Source of the DNA: the human T2T-CHM13v2.0 reference genome, Homo sapiens
Reading direction: 5' to 3' (one strand)
Assembly (NCBI RefSeq): GCF_009914755.1
Contig: NC_060925.1
DNA: 64,000 nt
A model generated the notes under the pieces. The model did not search any database. It was not told the origin of the DNA and was given only the letters and a program-made list of their open reading frames with translations. Positions 12,598-25,100 of the stretch are shown here, piece after piece. Each line of letters opens with the position of its first letter. The stretch's first letter is position 1. A program made the position numbers and the translations under genes.

Positions 12598-14304
12598 AAG
12601 AGGGTGGGGAAAAATTACCTTACTTCCTTTAATTACAGCTCCTGTGACTGGAAATGAAAGTTTTCCTCCCTTAGAGTTTTCAGCCCTTGTACCTCCCAAT
12701 GCTACCTCAGTCATGGTCTTTGAGCCACTGTTGGATTGCTTGGGGGCAGGAACATGAGAGAATGGAGAACAAGAAAGAAAAATGGAGTTCCTGCATTCTC
12801 TGAGTGTTGGGAGATTGCTTTTCCACTCCTTGAGCTTCTTAAGCCAGAACTGGAGGAATTCTCCTGGCACTTTATCTGTTTACAATCAAATTCTATTTCC
12901 AGATTTCCTGCTGAATTGAGTCCAGGACAGGAGATGCTAGAGTAAAATAAAAGTTAAAACTCACTGCCCTTTCAGTGGTACTTTGATATCTGATTTTCTT
13001 CCCAGTCTCCTTGCCACTTACTTTTCAGAGTTCTCAAACAGCTGCTGGATGCATCTGTTCAGGTTTTATACCTGTATTAGGTACAATAGTGAATTACTAA
13101 TAAATAGTTCCTTGATTATTGAGTGAGAGGATATCATAACTTATCAAATAAAGAATTTTTAAATGAATTTTTTGCCAATAATTTTTTATGAGGGAAAATT
13201 GAATTTCTCTCTTGTAAAATTCCTTTTCTAGATATTAAGATAATTGTTCTTTGTTATTCTGAAAGAAATAATCTTCACATTGCTGTTTAGTTCTCATAGT
13301 ATTTGCTGCAGGCTCAGTATGTAATTGATTTTTTAAATATTTTTACATTTTTCTACATTCTTATTTGTAGATCTTTGTATTCAAATAATTCAAAATTTAA
13401 AAAAGCTTCAGTGTTTCTGCAGAAATAATAAAACTGTTACACTATGTAGCAAAAATAATAACCACAGTACAAAAATACCCTATCAATTAAATCATCCCAA
13501 CCATTTTAGTAGTGTTTGTTCTTTAAAAAATTTAAATATAATATATAACATTTTGTGTGTTACTACACTTGTTTCCTTTTTCCTTAAAATTAATAGGTTC
13601 ATTTTTATACTTGAAAATAAATTTAAAAATAAAATTATTCACAATGAAATTCTTGGATAATCAGACACAAGGACTAAAAATCTTTTTTAGTCTTATATTA
13701 AGAGAAGTTATTTATAACTGAAAAACTACTATTCAAGGCATATGTTAACTATTAAAAAATAGAGGGGAAAAATAAAGTGTTCATATGTACCAAATAATGA
13801 TCAAAATGCTAACTTATTCATAGGTTGTCTCTTCATAAAACATGGTTATGGTACAGTTACAAGCAATTGCAATGGGGTTATATTGCAGTTGGCACTTTAA
13901 AGCTCATGAACTTTTAATGTAATTCTATCTTCACTGCACACTGGAGAATTTAGACATTGGGTTTCAGTTATTAGAAGTAATTCTAAATATAGGAAACATG
14001 GTATCATGGACACTATAAAATGAACTGCTAGACTCTGAGAATCAGGCTTGGATAGAAATGGGTCTAGCATATTTGCCTTTCTCTGTCACCATAATGAAAA
14101 TGTATTTAGGTTGGATGTCTACTTCCTAGAAGCCTAAGCTTCTAATAGGCATACATTTCCTAGGGGCCATAACATCAATCCTTTTTAAGATTCTTTAGGA
14201 GTGCCTATCAAGAAATGACAAATTTCTTAAAAGAAATCTAGTTTAAAAACTAGATATTTTTGACTCTTTTGTAAGTCATCACTCCTATCTAAGTGCTCTT
14301 TCAT

Positions 14305-14600
14305 TACTTCAATAAATATTCGTTGACTGCCTACTATGTTCTGGTAACTTTGTTAGATCTGGGTCTATATTAGTCAGGAAAATACAGTTTCACTCCAAGT
14401 TACAGTCTAGCAAGAAATACAAGCCAATAAAATAAGGTTTAATTGTTGCTCTGATAAAAGAGGTATACGATTTGTGGAGGTATATTGGAGGGACATTTAG
14501 CTCAAAGAAGGCCTAAGATAATATTCAACACCAAGTATGAATCAACCACGTGAAGAGGTGTTAGAAACGCTTTTTGCCTTGTGAGAAACTCTGTATAAGG
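14305..14600 (-). mobile_element. L2 fragment
   Basis: TTCAATAAATATTCGTTGACTGCCTACTATGTTCTGG...TTACAGTCTAG. Confidence 0.6.
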
Positions 14601-17600
14601 GCCTCCCCTGAGACTTGTAGCCTGTAAATCGTGATGCTTTATGGTCCCACTTCAAGGTTATTTTGTCTCTTCTAAAGAGTGAGTGCCCAGCAAAATTTAT
14701 ACTTTTTCTCTACGTTAAATAATGCTGAGGTTCTAATTAATACAAAATTCTGATCAGATACAAATGAATAAAAACAGTGATCAATCATAAAGAAACGTTA
14801 ATGTTCTCATACATTGCTGTCAACTACTAATAAATAATTTTATATGTATATTGTCTCCTAGGCCAATCATATTACAATGCTTCTTGATGGCATCTGTTAA
14901 CAGCTTACCTTCACTGTTATCTTGTCTGACAGCAGATCCATTTATATATTTGCTTGTCTTACCATTTTATTTCCAGTTTCCTTCCACATTTCTTATTCTT
15001 TAGGGATCATTCTGCCCTTGTGAAATATAAATACCATCTCTGTTAAATTCATTACTCATTTTATCCTCACTTTTCCAGACAAATCACCATGGCTTTGAAG
15101 TGTAGAATATATTATTTTAATTTCTCTGCTAGCTTGCTCTCAGATAACTTTTGTTTTCTTTTCCTCCTCTTGTCATTGGAAGTTACATTTCTGAGTGCAT
15201 GCCTTCAAGTTAATTTCTGAATATTCTTCTATAGCATAGTAAGAGAAAAACAATCTTGTTTGGCTGGCCAATGGTGATGAATGGAGTGTAGACCAGCCTA
15301 TAGAGTCCAAAGCCTTCAAGAGAGAAAGAGCAAGAATGAAAGGTGGTGGTATAACTAAATATTTTTGTAATCATGGACAAAATGATTTGGGATCATGATA
15401 ATTTACTTCAGGTTATTTGCAGGTGAACTTCAGACTTCTGTGAGTGACAGCACATGGGGTCCTAGATGCTCTGATGGAGAACCTGGGTGTTACAAAATGT
15501 ATGAGTAGGTGGGCTTCTATTAAATGGAGTACTTAAAGAAGAACTACTCAAGTTGCCCAGGTTGTGCTTGAATGGACACAGTCTCAAGAATGCAGTGAGC
15601 TCGAGTGTTAATATATGCCAATGACAGTCCAATGACTGTAGTTTCCATGAAAGGCCATATTGTGTCTATCAATAAATGCTGTAGAATAAGTGAAGAAATA
15701 TGACATGAACTGCAATACTCTGCTTTTTCACAAAAGGCAACCTTATCTGCCACTTTAGAGAGAGTGAGATTGTACTATCATACAAAAGAAAATAAAGATT
15801 GTACCTCTATAGGTTCTTTATGTGTATTTGTGGTTGAGTGGGTAGTTTAGGGGCAATTTTGGAGAGGTAAATACTTTGGATAGCATTTGACTCCTATATA
15901 CATGGAATATTTTACAGAACATTATAATCTAAGGAGATTTGTCAACTTTAAAATCAAGAGGTCATAAGGAATTATAAAGAGCTAAATTTACGTTGCATTT
16001 ATTACCATGAAACCATCTATTACTAACAGAAAGCAGTAAGTAAGAATACTCTATAATTAATGGTCTAAAACTGAAAATGATGGACTAGCTTTTTCACTGA
16101 AAGCAATTTCTATTCTGTTACTCAATTACTCAGTTGCTTAATTTTAAGATTTTATTATGTCTTTAAATCATGATTAATACAGGAAATATGATGCTTTTCT
16201 ACTTCCTAACCACTGCTTATCCAAGCATCCACAATCTTTTATAATACTGTTTTGTACTACCATATTTATTTTAAAATGAAAAGTACTGGATTTTTTATTA
16301 TAGTGACAGAATCTTACTGTGGTAGTTGAATAAAGCAACATTTACTTAGGTCAAAGAATTAGAATATTAATATACATTGATATTGAGATGTACATATTTT
16401 TGAAAAATTTAATGACAGCAATACTAAAGAATTAGAAATAATTTTTACAATCATAAGTTCAATGTTCTAGAAAATTCATATTGAAAATTGCTTAATATTT
16501 TTATTATGAGGTTTTTAGGAACATTTTCTTGTTGATAATATAAAATATAGCAAAGAGAACTCAGAGATTCAGAATTTCCCAGGATCACATCCCTGACTTA
16601 ATGCAATTCAATTCAAAAGACATATGCAGACATACAGCTCTAAGAAATATGTGTGATCTGGTAGTTGTCTGTAAAGAATGCACACTTTAACAAAAAAGGT
16701 GGGATAACTTCAATACAATGCTGTGTTTGGTGCTTTGATAATGGCATGAACAGCATTCACATAAGAGGAAACTTAACATTAGCTGGATGGAACATGATAT
16801 TTTTCTAGGACCAGCTTCCTGGCTTATAAAAGAGCACAGTTTAGGGCTCTTCACTATATACTCTCTAAAATCCAGAATAATATTGAGGAATAACTGGTGT
16901 ACCCTGGGAGATAAGAGTGCTTACCCTGGAAGTTTGGGTGGTTTGGAAGGCACTGGCAGATGCCTTCATGCCACAGAAGTAACTCCAGAATAGGGCACCA
17001 TGATTATAATTGAGGGACTGCAATGCTAACCAACCCCATGGTGACATGGTGACTCAGCATCTCTATAATGTTCTTGTTGAGGTAGGACCCTCAGATAGGT
17101 ACTCTTGTGGAGATAGTGAACCTCTCCTCTTCACCTTCCTTCCCATTACTTCAGTCTCCCAAAGACAAGGAAAAGTGAATCTGGTACAATGAAGCAGTGA
17201 GAGTAGAGAACCTAAGAAAAAATAGAGATGATATATTAATCAACTAAGAATTATGTTATGACATGTGTATACTCAGTTTTACCTGTGCCAAATGCGGAGG
17301 AACTCCCTAGATGCCAGGGAGATGAGTTTTAGAGAAACGGTGAGGAGAAGAGCTCCTCTTACAGCAGCAGCAGAAGAAGGCATGCTGGTATTGGGCTCTC
17401 TAATCCAGCAAGGTTTACCTCACTGGCCTGGGGGTAGCAAACAAAGTGTCTATCTTGATGTTTACCTAGAGTTATAGGCACAAGTACTGGACTTGTGTGT
17501 TGAAAGGGTGTACCATGGCCTAGTTCCAATCAGGTATCAGGTAAAGTTGGAGAGAGTAACCTGGGCTTCTTAGGACCAAAATGAAGATTAAAAAAAAAAA

Positions 17601-18129
17601 TTCTTTTTTTAAAGGGGCCTTGTCTCAGGCATGGATTTTCCTAAAACTGGGAGGTTTGGTTCTCTATAAACTCCAACTTCCTGGAAATAATACTTTGTAT
17701 ATCCTAGAATAATAGTGTAAGGCATCCTGAAAAATGTGACTCTGAAGGCATTGACCGATTGTTGCTGGTGGTGAAAGTAGGTGCTGTGGAACATTCTAGA
17801 TGTATAATATTTAATCAAGTTATTGGAGAGGTCAAAAAATTACACAAGGGCACAGGTGTAGTTTGGCTTGGTGCTAATGGGCAAGTGGAAGTTCACATTG
17901 ATATTTATCTTACAATATTTTTGACTTTTGTACCATCAACTTGAATGAAAATTATTATAATTAGAAATAAGCACATGATAATATAAAACATGTAAAAAGT
18001 ACAGAAGAACTCTAGGGAAAGGAGATTGCTGATGAAGCTAGAATTAAGAAAAATTTCTTATAGAAGGTTAATCCTTTCTGGAGGGTTGTAATAGATGCAG
18101 ATTGACGTCTGTGTTTTAATTTGTATTGA

Positions 18130-18335
18130 GCAGCTCATTTAACCTTGTCAAAGGCTTTTCACCTTGAGCATCTCACTTTATCTAGACAAAATTTCAATAG
18201 CAGTTACCATAATAATTGGAGTAATAAAGAAACTAAGCCATAAAGAAGTTAAATATCATCTAAGGATACATTTGATTAGCTGGATATCTGAGACTTGAGG
18301 CCAAATCCCCAGTGTTCTGGTCCATAGGATGTCTT
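18130..18335 (-). mobile_element. MIR fragment
   Basis: AATAAAGAAACTAAGCCATAAAGAAGTTAAAT...AAGGATACA core-like sequence. Confidence 0.5.
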
Positions 18336-18570
18336 CTCTTTCCTATTTTATCCCTGATAATGTAAGTAACAAGGAATAGACTAGAAAAATATGGATAATT
18401 CTAATAATTTTGCTATTAATTTAAAAGCACAAATTAGTTAAGCTATTACAGTAATTACACAAAACCCAATTATGACCAAATCCCAAGAAGTTAAGGAAAA
18501 ATGAATTCTTATCAAAGATCAGGTCAACTTGGTCCTTGGTCAGATAAAGTATACTAAGCAAGTGTTTTCC

Positions 18571-18890
<320 letters not shown>

Positions 18891-19641
18891 TAAGGCAATG
18901 CAATATCAGCTTTTTAAACTTCTCCTCATGAAACTCCATATAGACAATTTGTTTTGTTGACCAGCAGCCAGATCTAAGTGATGTGTTGAGGTGTTTTCCC
19001 CATCCTTTTGCCATGATGTGTCTGGAAATAGAACCGGATGTGATGCTGTGGGCCTGGGCTCTCATTTCTGAGGCCAGGAAGTGTTAGAGAGGGGTTAGGT
19101 TATTAGCGATTAACTCTAGGTGTTTCTCAAAAGCAAGGAGGGAGCTTTGCCCACCACTAATTCTTCCACATGTGGTTATTGCCTATCATAAGTTACTACT
19201 TCTAGGCTAATTAAAAATGGCTTGTATGCCAAGCAAAATTACTGTCACATTTCACACTTTATTCTCCTTCTGGTTTGTTTTCTTTAGGATTTCAAAATTA
19301 GAAATCCCTTCTTGAATTACAGTCTTTTCTTCTTTCTCCCCATATCCTCCCACACTTTTGCTTCTTTTGAGTTTGTACTTCATCTTTGGCTCCAGATATT
19401 TTAATTACTAGATAACAAGTATTATAATTTTAGAAAATAGAGATAAAAGATACAGTTTCAGCCATCAAGGAGCTCACAGTCTAGCATGACTGGCAAGAAA
19501 GGAATCAGAAAATGACAATACTGTGTGGCAAAAGTTATGTTAGAAATTATTGCTGGTTCCATGTCTCTTTTTAGTAGTATGATCTTGGTTAACCATATAA
19601 AACACAAGCAGAGATTTGAGACTAAGTAGAAAAAGCCCCAG

Positions 19642-20209
19642 TGTATTAAGTTTCTATTGCTACATAACAAATTACCCCAGAATTCAGTGGCCTAAAAAAC
19701 CATTTATTAGTTGGCATTTTCTGTGGGCCAGGAATTTGGACCTGAATTAGCTGGGTCCTCTGACTAACAATGCTTTCATCAACCTTGAGGCTGTAGTCAT
19801 CACAAGGTTTGTCTGGGCTGGATCTGCTCCCAGGCATACTCAGGTAGTTGTTGGCAAGATTCAGTTCCTTGCGAGTTCTTGGACTGAAGGCCTTAGTTCT
19901 TTGCTGCTATTGTTTGGAGGCTGCCTTCAGCTTTTATCAGGTGTGCCTCTCCGTAGGGCGGCCCACAACAGGGCAGCTGGCTTCATCCAGGTGAGCAAGT
20001 ATAAGTATGCAAGAGAGAGTGCAAGCAAGCAAGGAGTCATAGTTTTATAACCTAATCTCAGAAGTGTCATCCATCACGTTTACCATATTCTATTTGTTAG
20101 AAGCAAGTCACTAGGTTCAGCCTATACTCAAAAAATAAGACATCACCCAAGGGAATAAATAACAGGAGGTAAGGATCACTGGGGGCCATTTTGGAAGCTG
20201 CCTATCACA
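19642..20209 (-). mobile_element. MLT1 solo LTR (MLT1F-like)
   Basis: TGTATTAAGTTTCTATTGCTACATAACAAATTACCCC...CTGCCTATCACA; 5-bp TSD CCCAG at 19637-19641 and 20210-20214. Confidence 0.85.
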
Positions 20210-20635
20210 CCCAGAATAAAAAAATCTATCAAAATATCCTTAAACTTTTTCTAAAAGAAGATAAGAGCGTATTTTTCAGGCCTAAAAGTAGCTTATAGTT
20301 AATTATTGAATTGACAAATTATCTAATTTCTCCTTAGGTGCAGAATGTACCAGATTGTATGCAGCCAAAAGGGTTAAACAAAACTGAAGCATGAAGAGGT
20401 GCAAAGCACCTCGCATTTATTAGGTCTATATACAAGAAACTGTGTTGGCTGCCTCCATACACTTTGTTTCAGTTAACCTTCAAAAAATGTTGCATGAAAT
20501 AGGGAGGCAGCCTATCTTAGTGGCAGGGCTGTTTCACAGAGCTATACAGGTTGTACCCTGAAGAACAACAAAGCCATCTCTGACAGTGTGAGCAATACAT
20601 CTTGGATTTTCCTCTTAGTGGCCCATGTTTCCTTG

Positions 20636-21210
20636 GGTCTGGAATCAGTACTTTTTTACTAGTGCTGTGACCTTCACAAGTTGCTTAACATCTCTAAGCC
20701 TTAGTTTCTTCATTTCTAGGATAAGGAAGTCATAATATTAATGAACTCTGAGGACTGCTATGAGGATAAAATGGGATCATCATCATCATCATCATCACTT
20801 ACTCAATGCGTACTACAATCCTGGCACTCCTCTAAGTGTTACAAATATATTAACTCCAACAATAACTCCAGAAGGTAGGTATTTTTATGATCTCATTTTT
20901 ACCAATGAGGAAAATAAGACATGGAAAGTCAAATAATCTGTATATGGTCACAGAGATAGGAAGTGGTCTGACTCCAAAGTCTGAGTTTTTAATCTCACTA
21001 TACTATTTCTCATCATTGTGGAGTCGATGCTGTGGTACAATATCTGACAATTAGTACATATTAAATATTAGCTTTTAATTCTATACCCATTTTACTAATA
21101 GGAAAACAAAGAATTATAAGTGGTTAATAACTTACCTAAAGAGTAATCCTGACCTTAAATAAGCGACCCAAGATTTTAAACCACATATGGCTGGATTCAA
21201 AGCACATGGC
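20636..21210. mobile_element. MIR cluster: plus-strand MIR interrupted by a minus-strand MIR with (ATC)n tail, then another minus-strand MIR
   Basis: GCTGTGACCTT...CTCTAAGCCTTAGTTTCTTCAT (+); CATTTTACCAATGAGGAAAATAAG (-); CCCATTTTACTAATAGGAAAAC (-). Confidence 0.65.
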
Positions 21211-22196
21211 ATTCTTAGTTTTGCTTTATTTTATACAGAATGATTATGCCAATCATGATGTGATCTTTGTCTAAAGGTAAACAGCTCTACATGACTCGCC
21301 CCTCAGGGCATTGCTACATTGTAGTGCAATGCAAACCCTGAAGTTTATAATAATGATTCAAGACCATCAAGAAAAAGATAAATTTTATAAATTTTATATA
21401 ATATACTTTTATATAATATACTTTCTGTAAGAAGGACTGAAAGTGTATGACATATTTTAGATTTCCTTCAAATTAAAATAAAGTCAGTTCACTCATATAG
21501 TGGGTAAGCTTCAGCTACCTGAAAAATTGATCGATGTTGAGTACCTTATTCCTGGGCGATATCAGTGAAATGAAGTGTGGCTATATAAAATGAGGGATAG
21601 TGAATGCAATAGCTTTGGATATTTAGTTACAAAATGAACCACAACAGTCTTAATTCAGTTTCTGCATCAAACTGTGAACAGAGAATGTTCTGCAACCCAT
21701 GAAAATAATCATGTTTAAAGAATGTGATCTACAAAATGTGTTCAATTTTTAAAAAGGCATATATACCCATCTAACTATACCTTTTCCATATACATACATC
21801 TGATGAAATTATCAATTATGCACTTTTCTTTATGCAGCTGTTATCAAATAATAGAAAATAGAGCTGTTAAATGAAGTGTTATTTTGTAAACAAAACAAGC
21901 ATTTTACCTGTGAAAACATATGAACCACCAGCAAAGGAATGTGATATTATAAATTCATTATTTTCAGCCTAAATGGGGCTGTCAACACTAGTTAGTTGAG
22001 GTAAAAAAGAAGTCTTTAATATCTCTGTAATGATCATGCTAGCCTCATCTTACAAAATATCTAAATTAACCTCTCTTGATTTTCCACCCATCTTCCTGGC
22101 TTCTCTGCTTTAAGTGTTTTTTGGAGTTTGTCTTTCTTTTTACTTTATTCATGTCCTGATGATAATATTTAGTTTCACACTGTTGAAAATGTTCAG

Positions 22197-25100
22197 GTGC
22201 TGATTTGTTGGCATGCACACTGGAGTGCAGACGCTGCTGCCACTGCCTCAATGGAAAGCTTTGGCTGGCACCTCCCATTGGAGTGTTTTTGTCAGCAGAC
22301 CAGGAATACCTCAGCCCCTCCAGTGCAGCAGGTGCTTAACCTTGAGGGGCCAAAGAACAAAGCACTGGGCCTAATACCAGTTCCCTAGGGCTAGAGCATG
22401 CAGCCCAGGAGTGCTGAGGTGAGTCTTGAGCCCCTGAAAATCTATCAGAAACAAAGCCAGTCAACTGAAGTTAGCTTATACCACAGTCAAATCCTCAAGG
22501 GCCTTAAATAATGTAAAAGCAAAAAAACCCACCCAAAGGGCAGCAACTTCAAAGATTAAAGGAACATGAGGCTACACAGATGAGAAAGAACCAGCACAAG
22601 AACTCTGGCAACTCAAAAAGCCAGAGTATCTTCTTACTTCCAGGTGATTGCACTAGTTCCTTGGCTATGGCTCTTAACCAGGCTGAGATGGCTGAAATGA
22701 CAGACATAGAATTCAGGATTTGGATAGAAACAATGATCATCAAGATTAAGGAGAAAGTCAAAACCCAATTTAAGGAATCTAGGGAAACTGATAAAATGAT
22801 ACAAGAGCTGAAATACAAAATAGCCATTTTAAGAAAGAACCAAACTGATCTGATGGAGCTGAAAAACTCACTATATGAATTTCAGAATACAATCACAAAT
22901 ATTAATAGCAGTATAGACCAAAGTGAGGAAAGAATCTGAGAGCTCAAACACTGGTTCTTCAAATCAACTCAGTCAGACAAAAATAAAGAAAAAAGAGTAA
23001 AAAGAATCAACAAAACCACTGAGAAAGATGGAATTATGTAAAGAGACTAAATGTGTGACTTATTGGTATCCCTCAAAGAGAGGAACAGAAAGAAAATTTC
23101 CTCAACTTTTCTAGAGAATTTGACAAATTTAGGAAATGTAGAGAATCCCTGTGAGATACTACACAAGACAACCATCCCCAAGACACATAGTCATCAGATT
23201 CTCCAAGGTCAATGTGAAAGAAAAAATAAAAGCAGCTAAAGAGATGGGGCAGGTCACCTGCAAGGAAACCCCATCAGGCTAACAATGGACCTTTCAGCAG
23301 AAACTCTACAAGCCAGAGGAGACTGAGGGTCTATATTCAGCATTCTTAAAAAAAGAAATTCTAACCAAGAATTTTGTATTCAGCCAAATTAAGCCTTATA
23401 AGCAAAAGAGAAATAACTTTCTTTTTAGACAAGCAAATGCTAAGAGAATTTGTTACCACCAGACCAGCCTTACAAGAGGTCCTTAAGGGAGTGCTAAACA
23501 TGGAAATGAAAGACTGTTGCTGGCCATCACAAAAGCACACTTAAGTACACAGACTGTTGACACTATAAAGCAACTTTACAATCAAGTCTGCATAACAACC
23601 AGCTAACAACATGATGACAGGACCGAATCCACACATATCAATATTAGCCTTGAATGTAAATGAGCTAAATATCCCAATTAAAAGGCACAGAGTAGCAAGC
23701 TAGATAAAGAAGGAAGATCCAATTTTATGCTGTCTTCAAGAGACCCATCTCACATGCAATGACACCCATAGGCTCAAAGTAAAGAGATGGAGCTAATTTC
23801 AGACAAACAGACTTTAAATCAACAACAATCAGGAAAGACAAAGAAGGTTATTACATAATGATAAAGGGTTTAATTCAACAAGAAGACTTAGTTATTCTAA
23901 ATATATATGCACCAGACACTGAAGCATCCAGATTCATTTAAAAAAGTTATTAGATGCCTATGAAGAGACTTAGAGACTTAGATAATCACAGAATAAGTGT
24001 GGGAGACTTCAACACCTCACTGACAGAACTAGATAGATCATCATGACGGAAGACTAACAAAGATATTCAGGACCTGAATTCAACACTTGACCACATGGAT
24101 CTAACAGATATCTACAGAACACTCCACAGAACAACCATAGAATATACATCCTTCTCATTTGCACATGGCACATACTCTAAAACTGCTCACACAGTCACCC
24201 ATAAAATAATTCTCAACAAGTTAAAAAAACCCAAAATCATAACAACCACACTCTTGGACCACAGTGCAATAAAAAGAGAAGTCAATACCTAGAATATCTC
24301 TCAAAATCATACAATTACATTGAAATTAACCTACTCTTGGATGACTTTTGGGTAAACAGTTAAATGAAGGCAGAAATCAAGACATTATTTGAAACTAATG
24401 AAAACAAAGATACAACATATAAGAATCTCTGGGATGGGCCAGGTGTGGTGGCTCATGCCTGTAATCCCAGCACTTTGGGAGTCCAAGGTGGGCAGATCAC
24501 TTGAGGCCAGGAGTTTGAGACTAGCCAGGGCAACATGGTGAAAGTCTATCTCTACTAAAAATACAAAAATTAACTGGGTGTGGTGGCGCATGCCTGTAAT
24601 CCCAGCTACTTGAGAGGCTGGGGCATGAGAATTTCTTGCAAAGGTTGCAGTGAGCTGAGATCACACCACTGCATTTCAGTCTGGGTGACCGATCGTGACT
24701 CTGTCTAAAAAAATAAGAAAGGAAAAAAAAAAAATCCCTGGGACACAGCTAAAACAGTATTAATAGAAAAGTTAAGAGCAATCCCAAACTAACAACCTAA
24801 CACCACACCTAGAGAAACTAGAAAAACAAGACAAATCAACTTTAAAGCTAGCTAGAAGAAAAGAAATAACAAACATCAGAGCTAAATTGAAAAAAGATCT
24901 AAATAAACACTATTAGAAATGACAAAGGGGACATTACTGTCAAACCCCACAGAAATAAGAAAAAAAAACCCTCAGTTACTGTTACAAACACCACTTTGCA
25001 CACAAACTAGAAAACTTAGAAGAAATGAATAAGTCCCTGGAAACATACAACCTCCAAAGATTGAACCAGGAGGAAATTGACAGCCCGAACAGACCAATAA

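Larger units (their letters stand above)
9870..13080 (-). mobile_element. Old L1M (ORF1/5' region), host for MER44, MER57, a Tigger2-family MITE and THE1
   Basis: AGATCTGCTGGCAACACATT...TCTGAGAATATTTTAT...GAATTCTGGGTTG...TTTTCTTTCAGCACTTT is typical antisense L1M ORF1. The right boundary is uncertain. Confidence 0.6.

Noticed and set aside
15410-15505. Candidate exon with AG/GT boundaries (similar case at 20338-20372)
   Set aside because: Splice signals are weak, there is no recognisable coding content, and such matches are expected by chance.
21380-21425. Short AT-rich tandem duplications (also 3060-3135)
   Set aside because: Ordinary slippage in low-complexity DNA.
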